Virus record (IMG/VR): IMGVR_UViG_3300044840_000020
Span: 5,929 to 69,928 of that record
Source of the DNA: a virus
Taxonomy: Duplodnaviria; Caudoviricetes
Length of the DNA: 64,000 nt
Strand: one strand, 5' to 3'
Made by a program: the position numbers and the translations under genes. Below are positions 46,955 to 55,692 of the stretch, one piece after another. The first letter of the stretch is position 1. Each line of letters starts with the position of its first letter. The notes beneath the pieces are model-generated. The model was not told the DNA's origin, made no database searches, and was given only the letters and a program-made list of their open reading frames with translations.

Positions 46955-47223
46955 CAGCGGAAGGTCCACGAGTTCGGTTCTACGGTCCCGTACTCAGGGA
47001 ATTGCTGCTCGTCAGGGAGCGCTCGCGATACGCGGGGGCCTTCGCCGATGATTACGCCTAGTAGTACGAGTGGCCATGGTATGAATAGGGCGCAGAGGAA
47101 GATCGGGAGGAATGGGTAGCCGCGCGTGTTGGCGTACATGGAGGTGGCTAGTGTGCCTCCGATCCAGGTTACGCCTGCGGCGAAGATGATCCAGGTGAGC
47201 GTGATGTTTGTAGCGTGGTTCAT
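46954..47223 (-). CDS. Small two-TM membrane protein
   Basis: Two hydrophobic helices; AAGGAG RBS; preceded by motif copy 5. Confidence 0.7.
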   Translation of the reverse strand: MNHATNITLTWIIFAAGVTWIGGTLATSMYANTRGYPFLPIFLCALFIPWPLVLLGVIIGEGPRVSRALPDEQQFPEYGTVEPNSWTFR

Positions 47224-47237
47224 GGTTGCTCCTTGGT

Positions 47238-47260
47238 GTTCGGGTAGAGCCCACTATAAC
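47238..47260 (-). promoter_or_regulatory. Conserved motif, copy 5 (reverse strand)
   Basis: Reverse complement reads GTTATAGTGGGCTCTACCCGAAC, 14 nt before ATG 47223. Confidence 0.75.
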
Positions 47261-47291
47261 TCATAGGTTCTAGAGAAGGGAAGTTTTTTCC

Positions 47292-47525
47292 ATGAGGACA
47301 ACTGGTCTTGGTCGTATCCTGGTTTTCTTTCGGGTTGCGGAGTTCTCGTTCGGGCCTGTCGTCGCGTTGCGTTGTTGGGATGTTCTAGGACGCTCTATGG
47401 GGCGTTCTGAGGCTGTTGGCGGGATCGAGGGGACGGATATCTCTCTTGGGACGGTTTCGGCTGGTAGGGCGCGTAAGGCGAAGTTGGCCGACGCGGGATT
47501 TGGCGAGTTCTTGGAGGGATCGTGA
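47292..47525 (+). CDS. Hypothetical protein
   Basis: 77 aa ORF, coupled to next. Confidence 0.4.
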   Translation: MRTTGLGRILVFFRVAEFSFGPVVALRCWDVLGRSMGRSEAVGGIEGTDISLGTVSAGRARKAKLADAGFGEFLEGS

Positions 47526-47716
47526 GCGCGACTGAGATCCCGTTCATCCCGAACGGCTGGTGCGTGATTCTCGGGACCCCTGGGAAGGATCCGTTGACGA
47601 TCGTCGGCCCGTTCGTAGCGGAGGCTGACGCGCTGGCGCATCAGGGTAAGCATCAAGCGGAGAATCCGACCGTTCCCGCGATGGTGGATGTACTGATCGA
47701 TCAGCGGAATTGTTGA
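47522..47716 (+). CDS. Hypothetical protein
   Basis: GGAGG RBS; 64 aa. Confidence 0.5.
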   Translation: MSATEIPFIPNGWCVILGTPGKDPLTIVGPFVAEADALAHQGKHQAENPTVPAMVDVLIDQRNC

Positions 47717-47886
47717 CGTTCGGCGAGATCGAACATGCTGGTCACGCGGAGAGACTGCGAGCGATTCTGAGTACGCATTACGCACGCGAGATCGAGCGGA
47801 TAGGTAAGCGCCTAGCTAGTCCCGAGGAGGCGACCGCTGTGGCGTACATGAGGTTCCAGTTGCAACGAACCCAACGTGAGGCGTGA
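47710..47886 (+). CDS. Hypothetical protein (58 aa, not in ORF track)
   Basis: TTG start overlapping previous stop; open to TGA 47884-47886. Confidence 0.4.
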   Translation: MLTFGEIEHAGHAERLRAILSTHYAREIERIGKRLASPEEATAVAYMRFQLQRTQREA

Positions 47887-47925
47887 CCGTCGCTTGGCGA
47901 ACCCGAACTAGTAGGAGAGACGCGC

Positions 47926-48417
47926 GTGCCAGCGAATGATCCCGAAGCGCGGCGTCTCGCCCGCGAGCGATCCCAAGATATCGCGTCTCGTGATTCGCAG
48001 CGCGAGCAGGATATTGCGATAGCTGCGGAGGCTCGCGGGCGGACTGCTGCGAAACTTGAGGCGCGTCTCGATGGGATGGATTCCCGTATTGATCGTCACG
48101 GTCAGCGATTGGACACGATCAACGGGTCGGTTCGTGAGACGGGTAAGTCGTTGGAGGCGTTGCGAGCGGATACGGGCGAGAAGCTCGATCATTTGTCCGA
48201 TCAGGTTGAGGCGATCCTGAACGAGCAGAAGACTCGCGACAAGGTGAATGAGGCGCTCATTCACGCGGCTGAGACGGCAGCTACGCGAGGTGATGCGGGC
48301 GCGGAGAAGAAGCTCCGTTTGTGGCAGAAGATCAGTCTCGCGTTCGGTGGCCTGGTCGGTGGCGCGACATTCGTCTTGTTGTTGGTTCAGGTTTTGAACG
48401 GGACAGGACACGCATGA
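47926..48417 (+). CDS. Coiled-coil membrane protein (holin-associated type)
   Basis: Long coiled coil plus C-terminal TM; opens lysis cassette. Confidence 0.6.
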   Translation: MPANDPEARRLARERSQDIASRDSQREQDIAIAAEARGRTAAKLEARLDGMDSRIDRHGQRLDTINGSVRETGKSLEALRADTGEKLDHLSDQVEAILNEQKTRDKVNEALIHAAETAATRGDAGAEKKLRLWQKISLAFGGLVGGATFVLLLVQVLNGTGHA

Positions 48418-49205
48418 CTCGCGGACGTGCCAGGGAGGTGGTCCTCGGGTTCGTCACGATCGGGTTCTTAGCGACCTTGGTTGTGATCGTAATCCTGTTC
48501 GGGAAGCAATCCTCGGAGCAGACGTCTCAGAACCAGTTGTTGGCTCGGCTTCGTTCTCAGCAGGTCACGCTCCACTCTCAGCAAGTCACTCAGGATCGTT
48601 TGATCGCTCAGGTCCATGTGCTGGGGCTTCGTAACCAGGCTCGGTCCAAGGCGACCGTCCGGTTCCTTCAAGGTAAGCAGGGGCTATCCGGGGTTCCTGG
48701 CCGAAACGGCGTGGAGGGGGCTCCAGGGGTTCCTGGTGGGATCGGTCCGATCGGCCCGCGCGGCTTGGTCGGGCCTCAGGGGGTTCCTGGCGTTGGTGTA
48801 CGCGGCCCTGTTGGCGTAGCTGGCGTTCAGGGACCGCAGGGCGTTCTCGGGGTCGGTATCGCGGGGAGGGACGGAACGAACGGAACGAACGGAACGAACG
48901 CGACTGATGCTCAGGTAGCGACCGCGGTCGCAGCGTTCTGCCAAGCGAACAATGATTGTGTTGGGGCTACCGGCCCCGTGGGTGCGCGAGGTCAACCAGG
49001 CGCGGACGGTCAGAGTATTACTGGGCCGCCTGGACCCGCGGGACAGGCAGGCGCGGACGGTCAGCCAGGTCCTTCTGGGGCGACGGGGAGTAACGGCGTT
49101 AGTCCTACCGTGACGCAGTTACCCGTGGGAGATTCTCATTGTCCGCTTGGTGGGGCTGCGATCACGGACGCCTCAGGCAGTATGGCGTACGTGTGCAGCG
49201 CGTAA
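48414..49205 (+). CDS. Membrane-anchored collagen-like protein
   Basis: N-terminal TM then extended Gly-X-Y repeats. Confidence 0.8.
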   Translation: MTRGRAREVVLGFVTIGFLATLVVIVILFGKQSSEQTSQNQLLARLRSQQVTLHSQQVTQDRLIAQVHVLGLRNQARSKATVRFLQGKQGLSGVPGRNGVEGAPGVPGGIGPIGPRGLVGPQGVPGVGVRGPVGVAGVQGPQGVLGVGIAGRDGTNGTNGTNATDAQVATAVAAFCQANNDCVGATGPVGARGQPGADGQSITGPPGPAGQAGADGQPGPSGATGSNGVSPTVTQLPVGDSHCPLGGAAITDASGSMAYVCSA

Positions 49206-49245
49206 AACGCTCGCCTTAACCCCCCGAGGAAAGGATAACCCCCGT

Positions 49246-50034
49246 ATGACTACGCCAGCCCAAACCCTTGAGGCGGATATTCGTGGTACCGAGAAAGCGA
49301 TCCGCCTCTTGATCGGTGAGCAGCGCGCCGTGACGAGTAAGTTCTCTCGCGCGGAGGCGTTGCTGAAGTTGGAGCGGTCCCGTCTCGCTGCGGTTCTGCG
49401 TCCTCATGGTCCGCGGTCTCTCGCTAAGGCGTCTCGGTTCCCGGACTTCTCTGATTTCCAGGTTCGTGTTGATCTGAAGGCTGTTCGGAATGGCGGTAGT
49501 GTTCGTGTTGGCGAGTTGGCCGTTACGAAGCTGACGGAGGGCCTTGGGTTTAAGGCGCGGACGGGACCGGATCGTCTGAAGACTATGGCGGCGTTGAAGT
49601 TCCCGAGGCGGGGCGCGTATCACTTCGGTCATGCGACCGAGAGTGGTGTTGCGCAAGCGCAGTTCTTTCTCGGGTACGCGCATGACACGGGGATCTCGTG
49701 GGGTAGGGACGACATCGTGGTGTATGACTGTGAGGTCACGGACGGTCAGTCGGGGCGTCAGGTCGCGATCGTTGCGCATGATTTCGCCGTTGAGATTCGG
49801 AAGCACGTTCCGGGCGAGATCTGGTTGTACGGCGGCGGTCCGTTTCTCTCGGGGAACGGCGTGACGCTTGACGGGTATGACGCTCATTGGCTTGCCGCTT
49901 ATGTCAGTAACCCGGGACCGTTCAAGGTGTTCGGGGCGCGCACAAAGTATTGGCAATATTCTGACGGAAACTTTGGGCCTCAGCCTCACTCGTGTCCCGG
50001 GATCGGGCCGTCCGACATGAGCGTAGTGCTGTGA
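49246..50034 (+). CDS. GH25 muramidase-type endolysin
   Basis: DFSDFQ, KLTEG, GAYHF, YDCE, WLAAY, WQYSD. Confidence 0.8.
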   Translation: MTTPAQTLEADIRGTEKAIRLLIGEQRAVTSKFSRAEALLKLERSRLAAVLRPHGPRSLAKASRFPDFSDFQVRVDLKAVRNGGSVRVGELAVTKLTEGLGFKARTGPDRLKTMAALKFPRRGAYHFGHATESGVAQAQFFLGYAHDTGISWGRDDIVVYDCEVTDGQSGRQVAIVAHDFAVEIRKHVPGEIWLYGGGPFLSGNGVTLDGYDAHWLAAYVSNPGPFKVFGARTKYWQYSDGNFGPQPHSCPGIGPSDMSVVL

Positions 50035-50720
50035 TTGTTCGCTATCCGGCGGGCGGTTGGCTTAGTCCAGGGACCTCGGTCAACTGGCAGCGATCCGACC
50101 AGGGTCGTGATCTTGTTATCCCTTGGCAACACGTTCTCGAAGCGCCCGGAGCGGGCGAGTGCGTGAATGTCGGATCGGACCAGCCGTTTCCGAACGGATT
50201 TGGACCGTCCTATCCGTGGGTCCGGATCGATATGGGGCCGTTCGCGGGACATACGTACTACCTTGGGCATTGCACGAGCCTGGTCCGGACGGGCGATAAG
50301 TTCTCGTTCGGGCATCCTCTTGCCCGCGCCGATCAGGGCCATGATTTCAATGGTACTACCGGGGGTTGGGTAGAACTTGGTGAGGTACAGTCGGGTGGGA
50401 TCCTCGGACCGAATAGTCCGGGCGGACATTGGTTTGATCGGATCTTGATGCGCGATCTGAAGGTCAGGGTTCCGGATCCGCCGTTACGGTTCGGGGATCA
50501 AGGACTTAGCGTGCTTCGGATGACAGGTTGGCTAGCTGAGTGTGGCTGGCTACCTCGCCGGTACTGGCACTTCAACCGTGACGTTCACGGGGCTGTGATC
50601 GCGTTCGACCAGTATCATCATCTTCCGTCGAACGCGGGCGTGGTTGATGCGCGTACCCATTTGGTGTTGATGCACGCCGCTGCGTGGTGTAAGCAGCATC
50701 ACGTTCGAGAGCACGCATAG
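50031..50720 (+). CDS. M23-like peptidase + peptidoglycan-binding domain
   Basis: RSDQGRD, TYYLGH; PLRFGDQGLSV...AVIAF...H.L...GVVD..T. Confidence 0.6.
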   Translation: MIVRYPAGGWLSPGTSVNWQRSDQGRDLVIPWQHVLEAPGAGECVNVGSDQPFPNGFGPSYPWVRIDMGPFAGHTYYLGHCTSLVRTGDKFSFGHPLARADQGHDFNGTTGGWVELGEVQSGGILGPNSPGGHWFDRILMRDLKVRVPDPPLRFGDQGLSVLRMTGWLAECGWLPRRYWHFNRDVHGAVIAFDQYHHLPSNAGVVDARTHLVLMHAAAWCKQHHVREHA

Positions 50721-50723
50721 ACC

Positions 50724-51245
50724 GTGATGAGGGACGCGATCGTTGAATTGGTTCCGGTCGGTCAGGACGCGTCCGATGCTCGCCCGGGGGACTTCCTGCT
50801 TTGTCATCGCCGTGGGCTTGTTGCTCGGATCATTCGGTTCGGGACACGTTCGACCGTTTCCCACGCTGCGTTCGTAGAAACAGCCCTAACGATCAACAGT
50901 GAACCTATGTTGATCGAGGCGCTTACTCGCGGGACGGTACGTACTCCACTCTCGGCGTATCGTGAGGTTGAGTATTGGATCGTTCGTACCGGCCTGGAGG
51001 GCGTGGACGTGGATCAGGCGGTCGCGTTCGCCCGGTCGTGTTTGGGGGATGAGTACGGGTTTCTGACGGATCTCGGGATCGGACTTCGGTTCCTTACTCC
51101 GGGGCGCGGTTTGTGGTTCGGGATGTCGGGGACCGAGGTGTGTTCGGGGCTGGTTGCTCAGGCTGAGGTTCGCGGCCCGGTCATCTATCCGTGGGATCCC
51201 GCGTCGTGTTCTCCGGGGGATCTACTGAGGTTCTACGTCCCGTAG
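50724..51245 (+). CDS. Permuted papain-like NlpC/P60 amidase (YiiX/YaeF type)
   Basis: PGDFLL, SHAAF (His first), IEA, G.EY, VCSGLV (Cys last). Confidence 0.75.
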   Translation: MMRDAIVELVPVGQDASDARPGDFLLCHRRGLVARIIRFGTRSTVSHAAFVETALTINSEPMLIEALTRGTVRTPLSAYREVEYWIVRTGLEGVDVDQAVAFARSCLGDEYGFLTDLGIGLRFLTPGRGLWFGMSGTEVCSGLVAQAEVRGPVIYPWDPASCSPGDLLRFYVP

Positions 51246-51302
51246 TAAATCTGGCGGTTACCGTCGCGCTGCTCTGTAATCCGAGAGGAGGAGATAGGCA
51301 TC

Positions 51303-51545
51303 ATGGGTCACATACACGGGCCGTATCACGCGCCTCATCTACACGGTAAGAACTTGTCCGATGCTGCGGGGGAGGATGCTCGTCCTAATCGCATGATTGT
51401 GACCGAGTTTGGGGGTAAGAAACTAGGCCACGGACCGTGTACTCAGGCTCAGGCGGAGAAGTACGTCGCTCACTTATCTGGACCGTGGGAGATCATCCAG
51501 TGCGTTCCGTTCGGGGTTTGGGCTGGCGAACCAGTAGCCGCGTAG
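51303..51545 (+). CDS. Hypothetical protein
   Basis: GAGGAGG RBS; 80 aa. Confidence 0.55.
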   Translation: MGHIHGPYHAPHLHGKNLSDAAGEDARPNRMIVTEFGGKKLGHGPCTQAQAEKYVAHLSGPWEIIQCVPFGVWAGEPVAA

Positions 51546-51583
51546 AACCGCGTCTACCAAACTAATTCCTAGGAGTACCCAAA

Positions 51584-52027
51584 ATGAAGATCACGTTTCC
51601 GAGCGTAGTCACGCTCATCCTCGGTTTGGTTGGCGGGGTTCTCGCTTACCTCAACCAGGCGTCGTTTGCTTTCCAACCACCGTGGAATCAGGTCATCACA
51701 TTTGGCTTGTATGCGCTCGCGGTAATCGGTATCAGCCCGCTCGTTCACGGAGCGTTCCGGTCCGCCCTACACGTGTCCGTTACGACCGCTACGTCGATCA
51801 CTACCCTCGCGGCCCTGCTTGCGGCGGGGATCACGACGTTCTCGATGGGTGCGGACGCGAAGGGCGTGCTGGAGGGGATTCTTGCGTTTCTCGCGTTCGT
51901 TGGGTTCGCGCCGGCTACCGCGGTTCCTATGGGGTCTGTACCGGCGGTAGCGGTTCCTGTTGGGGCGGTTCCGTTGGTCACGCCCCCGGTCGGGACAGCC
52001 GTTCCTCCCGCTGCCCCGGTGGCGTAG
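51584..52027 (+). CDS. Holin (multi-TM, putative)
   Basis: About four hydrophobic segments, duplicated two-TM unit, inside lysis cassette. Confidence 0.6.
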   Translation: MKITFPSVVTLILGLVGGVLAYLNQASFAFQPPWNQVITFGLYALAVIGISPLVHGAFRSALHVSVTTATSITTLAALLAAGITTFSMGADAKGVLEGILAFLAFVGFAPATAVPMGSVPAVAVPVGAVPLVTPPVGTAVPPAAPVA

Positions 52028-52031
52028 AACG

Positions 52032-52694
52032 ATGAGCGTCTCCGTCCCCTCAGAGACCCTTCAGACGTTCACGCTCGCCGATCTCGCGCCGTACGCGACG
52101 GAGGGCGCGTTCTCGGCGGACGATAGTCCGGACTCGCGCTTGTTTCTCGTCGGCCGGGACGACGTGTTCGGGGTTCTAATGCATCTCTACACGCGGGTAA
52201 CCCTGTCGATCGAGTCCACTATGTTCGGGTTCGACAGTGATGAACTGAACGGCGTGATCTGGTCGAAGGTTGAGGACCCGAACGTCGTCGTGGAGCAGGT
52301 TCTTGACTCGTCCCAGGCGGGAGGCGTCCACGAGAAGAAGATCCTCGCGGCGGACGCGACCTCAGACCCAGAGAAGTACGCCGCGGACTTCGTAATCATG
52401 AGATCCGACTCGGGACAGATCGTCCACAGTAAAGGGGCGGTACTCGACGGGGTCGTCGGATATGAAGGTTCCACGAACTGGTCCGCGTCGGGGATGGGGC
52501 AAGGGATCGGTCTTCACGGCGCGGCGAACGTCACCGGGTTTAAGGCTCAGGAGAACACGTTGCTGGTTTTCACGAACCGGGTGATGATCGCGAAGCTCTC
52601 GGCTCGGATTCGGTATACGGCGATTTCGGGGCGTGCTCGGAACGCGGCGAAGGTTGCGGCGTTAGCGGCGACTCCTGCCTTACCGGGGGTCTGA
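52032..52694 (+). CDS. Phospholipase D-superfamily protein (single HKD)
   Basis: HSKGAVLDG....EGSTNWS. Confidence 0.75.
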   Translation: MSVSVPSETLQTFTLADLAPYATEGAFSADDSPDSRLFLVGRDDVFGVLMHLYTRVTLSIESTMFGFDSDELNGVIWSKVEDPNVVVEQVLDSSQAGGVHEKKILAADATSDPEKYAADFVIMRSDSGQIVHSKGAVLDGVVGYEGSTNWSASGMGQGIGLHGAANVTGFKAQENTLLVFTNRVMIAKLSARIRYTAISGRARNAAKVAALAATPALPGV

Positions 52695-52957
52695 TGGTTC
52701 ACGAGGCGATCGTCCGGGTTTGGTTGGAGTTCGGGAAACGGTTCCTCGGGGTTGAGTCCGTCCAGGCCCCAGAGGTAGGCCCTATCCCGGGGCCTGTTCC
52801 GTCTGCTGCGTACCGAGTTTCGACGCCTTCGGGGACGATCATCGAGGCTGCGGCCGTGATGTTGGTTTATCCGTGCGATTCGGAGCCCGCTAGGTGCTTC
52901 GTCGCTCAGACCGTTCCTAGCGTCTTCTACGACGCAGATGAGGACGATGGCGCCTAA
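52694..52957 (+). CDS. Hypothetical protein
   Basis: TGATG coupling. Confidence 0.5.
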   Translation: MVHEAIVRVWLEFGKRFLGVESVQAPEVGPIPGPVPSAAYRVSTPSGTIIEAAAVMLVYPCDSEPARCFVAQTVPSVFYDADEDDGA

Positions 52958-53143
52958 ACCTCTCGATACGCGTCTCTTGCCCCAGAGGGGGCTTACGTCA
53001 CGCGAGAGGGCCGTCTGGCGCAGGTTCTCGACGTTTCGGAGTCGTTCGCGATCTTGGAGGACTCGTTCACGACGGACTGGTTCGAGATCCCCGTGAAGGA
53101 TCTGACGGGTTGGGCGCTCGTTCCTCACGTCCGTAGCGTGTAG
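52947..53143 (+). pseudogene. Small gene with apparent 1-nt insertion in CCCC run at 52980-52983
   Basis: Removing one C gives MAPKPLDTRLLPEGAYVTREGRLAQVL...VPHVRSV-TAG with normal codon bias. Confidence 0.4.
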
Positions 53144-53181
53144 TAGTATTCGGGGTCGCAGCCCCTCGTAGGTCCCCCCCC

Positions 53182-53218
53182 GCGCCGTCTACGCCTTGTG
53201 CGTAGACGGCGCTTTTTT
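53182..53218 (+). terminator. Intrinsic terminator ending the late/lysis operon
   Basis: 13-bp perfect stem GCGCCGTCTACGC/GCGTAGACGGCGC, 5-nt loop, then TTTTTT. Confidence 0.85.
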
Positions 53219-53225
53219 CGTTCCC

Positions 53226-53248
53226 TTTATAGTTCGTCTACCCCGAAC
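53226..53248 (+). promoter_or_regulatory. Conserved motif, copy 6
   Basis: TTTATAGTTCGTCTACCCCGAAC upstream of ATG 53268. Confidence 0.65.
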
Positions 53249-53267
53249 GAAAGAAGTGCGTAGGGAG

Positions 53268-54053
53268 ATGATCGAGGTCTGGACCGATGGAGCTTGCTCG
53301 GGTAACCCGGGTCCAGGAGGCTGGGCCTACGTGATCGTTCATCCCGATGGTTCACGCTGCGAGGGAAGCGGCGGCGAACGGATGACGACGAATAACCGCA
53401 TGGAGATGATGGCCGTGATCGAGGGACTACGCTCCCTCGCTGACGCGAATACCGTGACCGTTGTGACCGACTCGGCTTACGTCGAGCGACCGTTTACGGA
53501 GGGTTGGATCGCTGGCTGGAAACGACGAGGCTGGAAACGCTCGGGACGTAAGGGACAACCCGCCGAACTGAAGAACGCCGAACTTTGGCGGGATCTGTAC
53601 GCCGAAACCCAACGATGCGACATTACCTGGCGACGAGTGAAGGGCCACTCCGGTGAACCCCTAAACGAGCGTTGTGATCAGTTCGCGGTCGCGGGGACCC
53701 TCGCGAACGGCGGGGACCCTCGAAAGATGATCGAACTCGGCGGGCAACGTTCCCCCTCGCGTCGCCCGCGACTCTCCGATAACAGGCCGCATCCCGTCCA
53801 AACTCTTCAGGCTGAGAACCTCACGCCCGAGGAACGCGAACGCTACGGATTCGCGGACCTCGCCAACGAACAACCCGACATCTGGTGGTGGATCTACGCT
53901 CGCCCACGAAGCCGATGCGAACGCTGCTCCGAGCAGCTCGCCGCAACCTCTATCGCCGCGTGGTGCCACGAACGTCGCCTGATGTACTGCGTCGCTTGCG
54001 TTACCGCGACGGGTACCGAACCCGCTCCGTCTAAACGCTGCGCAGGTCCCTAA
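53268..54053 (+). CDS. rnhA: Ribonuclease HI with C-terminal Cys-finger extension
   Basis: TDGACSGNPGPGG, TNNRMEM, TDSAYV, KNAELW, VKGHSG..LNERCD; C-terminal CERC...C..C. Confidence 0.9.
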   Translation: MIEVWTDGACSGNPGPGGWAYVIVHPDGSRCEGSGGERMTTNNRMEMMAVIEGLRSLADANTVTVVTDSAYVERPFTEGWIAGWKRRGWKRSGRKGQPAELKNAELWRDLYAETQRCDITWRRVKGHSGEPLNERCDQFAVAGTLANGGDPRKMIELGGQRSPSRRPRLSDNRPHPVQTLQAENLTPEERERYGFADLANEQPDIWWWIYARPRSRCERCSEQLAATSIAAWCHERRLMYCVACVTATGTEPAPSKRCAGP

Positions 54054-54059
54054 CCTACT

Positions 54060-54660
54060 TCCGAGCGTCCCCTTGCAATGGGTCTCGTTAGATCCGAAGC
54101 GAAGGCGTACTGACCCCCTTTGAGGGGGATCAGTAGCGAAGGGGGTTCTGCAACGGGGTAGCTGTTGAGTCCTCGCTTCGGCTCGGAGACTACGAACGAT
54201 GCCGGGTACACGCTTACCCATCGTGGCCGTCGCCGCTGCTCGGCTTGGGCCTTGTCTCCGCCTGACGTGCTCTCGCACTCGGGCTTTTGATCCTAGGCGG
54301 TCAACCTAGGTTCCGGAGGGTTTCCTGCTCAAAGGACTTTTGAGAGGCCGCAGAAAGGCTCCGCCTTTCGGCGGGCGGGTCCCTACGGTTCGCCGGTTTT
54401 CCCGATAGCGAAATCCGTATCGAAGACGGACTTGCGGCTCTTCACCCAGGGCATCCGCTAAACTACCCTTATCTCGTTATGTAGACGAATGGCTCGGGTC
54501 TTCGGCTTGGGCCGTTCGTCGTTAACGGGGTAGGTTAGCGCGAGGGCGGGCGGTCGCGCTTTTCGCGCTAGGATTCGCGTCGTTCTCTTATCCCCTCACA
54601 AGGAGGTCGTGTCCCACGGCCTGCGCGCGAGTTCCCTGGTGAGAGGGGGGAACGGCTTGT
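54060..54660 (+). ncRNA. Candidate large structured non-coding RNA (family unknown)
   Basis: At least seven hand-identified stems, two cUUCGg tetraloops (54176, 54500), G-U pairs favouring + strand, no convincing ORF. Confidence 0.55.
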
Positions 54661-54699
54661 TGTTCTGGGCGTTGGTCCGCGTCGGTTTTGGGCAGCGTT

Positions 54700-55266
54700 A
54701 TGCAGATCCTTCGTCGAGCGACTATCGTGGCGCTCCTATCCGCTGGGCTTGGCTCGGCTACCTCGACTGCGAGGGTTGTACGCAGTTCCGCGATTCGGTC
54801 TTGTCCTAGGACGTTTTCGCTTACTCAGTTTGATCGGGCGGCGGATAGGGTCTACGGGTCTACTCGATTGCCCCCTACGGGCTCGTATGGGGCGTTGTGG
54901 AGGTTTGCGCGGTGTTCTAGGGCTCCGAGTACGGAGCGGGGCGCTCGTCGTCTCTGGGGGCGGGAGATCGTCGTGTGGAGGGCGCGTAGGCATCCTCCGA
55001 TGTCTACGGCGGTCGCGTCGTGGTATCAGGACGGTGGGCAGACGGCGTCGGGGTTTCATGCGACGTTCGGATTCGCGAGCTTGATCCTGGGGTTCGGGAC
55101 GCGCGTGAAGTTTTGTTATCCGGCGGGGTCATCCCGTTGTGTTGTTGGGATGGATGATGATCACGGCCCGTACGTTGGCGGGAGGACGTTTGATCTGAAT
55201 CAGACGCTTGCGGGGGCGCTTGGGTTCGGCGGGGTTGACGTGGTTTCGTGGAGGGTCGTTCGCTAG
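54700..55266 (+). CDS. Secreted RlpA-like double-psi beta-barrel lytic transglycosylase
   Basis: Signal peptide; ASWY....TASG, GTRV, DDHGPYVGGRTFDL...A.ALG. Confidence 0.75.
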   Translation: MQILRRATIVALLSAGLGSATSTARVVRSSAIRSCPRTFSLTQFDRAADRVYGSTRLPPTGSYGALWRFARCSRAPSTERGARRLWGREIVVWRARRHPPMSTAVASWYQDGGQTASGFHATFGFASLILGFGTRVKFCYPAGSSRCVVGMDDDHGPYVGGRTFDLNQTLAGALGFGGVDVVSWRVVR

Positions 55267-55400
55267 GCCCCGGGGTGGTAGGATTAGGTTTTCCGTTCCT
55301 CCCTAACGGGAGCGGCGTTTGGGTGTTGATGAGGCTCGGTCGCGATTCGTTCGCGGCCGAGCTTTTTTGTGGTTAGGACTGGTATTCCCCTTGGCGATCG

Positions 55401-55423
55401 TTTATAGTGGTCCTTACCCGAAC
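55401..55423 (+). promoter_or_regulatory. Conserved motif, copy 7
   Basis: TTTATAGTGGTCCTTACCCGAAC upstream of ATG 55436. Confidence 0.75.
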
Positions 55424-55435
55424 GCAAGGAACCCG

Positions 55436-55660
55436 ATGACCGCTCACCCCACTACCTTCAACGACACGCCCTTCCGCTTCTCCCACGGCCGCTCGCCGAA
55501 GGGTCGCGGTAGCTGGGCGTTCCAGATGCGAGCCGTCGACAACGTCTCAGTCCCGGACGGGTTCCGCGACGTCGTCTTCTTCAACGGGACCTTCGCGGAT
55601 GCGCGGCGTCAGGCGCGGGACTTCTTCCCGCGCGGCGCTAGCGTTTCGGTGATGTCCTAA
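55436..55660 (+). CDS. Hypothetical protein
   Basis: AAGGA RBS after motif; F.FSHGRSPKGRGSWAF. Confidence 0.65.
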   Translation: MTAHPTTFNDTPFRFSHGRSPKGRGSWAFQMRAVDNVSVPDGFRDVVFFNGTFADARRQARDFFPRGASVSVMS

Positions 55661-55692
55661 CCCCCTACCTCCCGAGAGGAGAATCTTTCCCC

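Noticed and set aside
48870-48902. Tandem GGAACGAAC repeat as CRISPR or VNTR
   Set aside because: Encodes Gly-Thr-Asn collagen triplets; no spacers or cas genes.
53661-54278. Minus-strand 205-aa ORF across rnhA and the structured region
   Set aside because: Overlaps rnhA antisense, shadow-like composition, no family motif.
54560-54699. c-di-AMP (ydaO) riboswitch upstream of the rlpA-like gene
   Set aside because: Expected context, but the characteristic conserved segments were not recognisable; needs a covariance-model scan.
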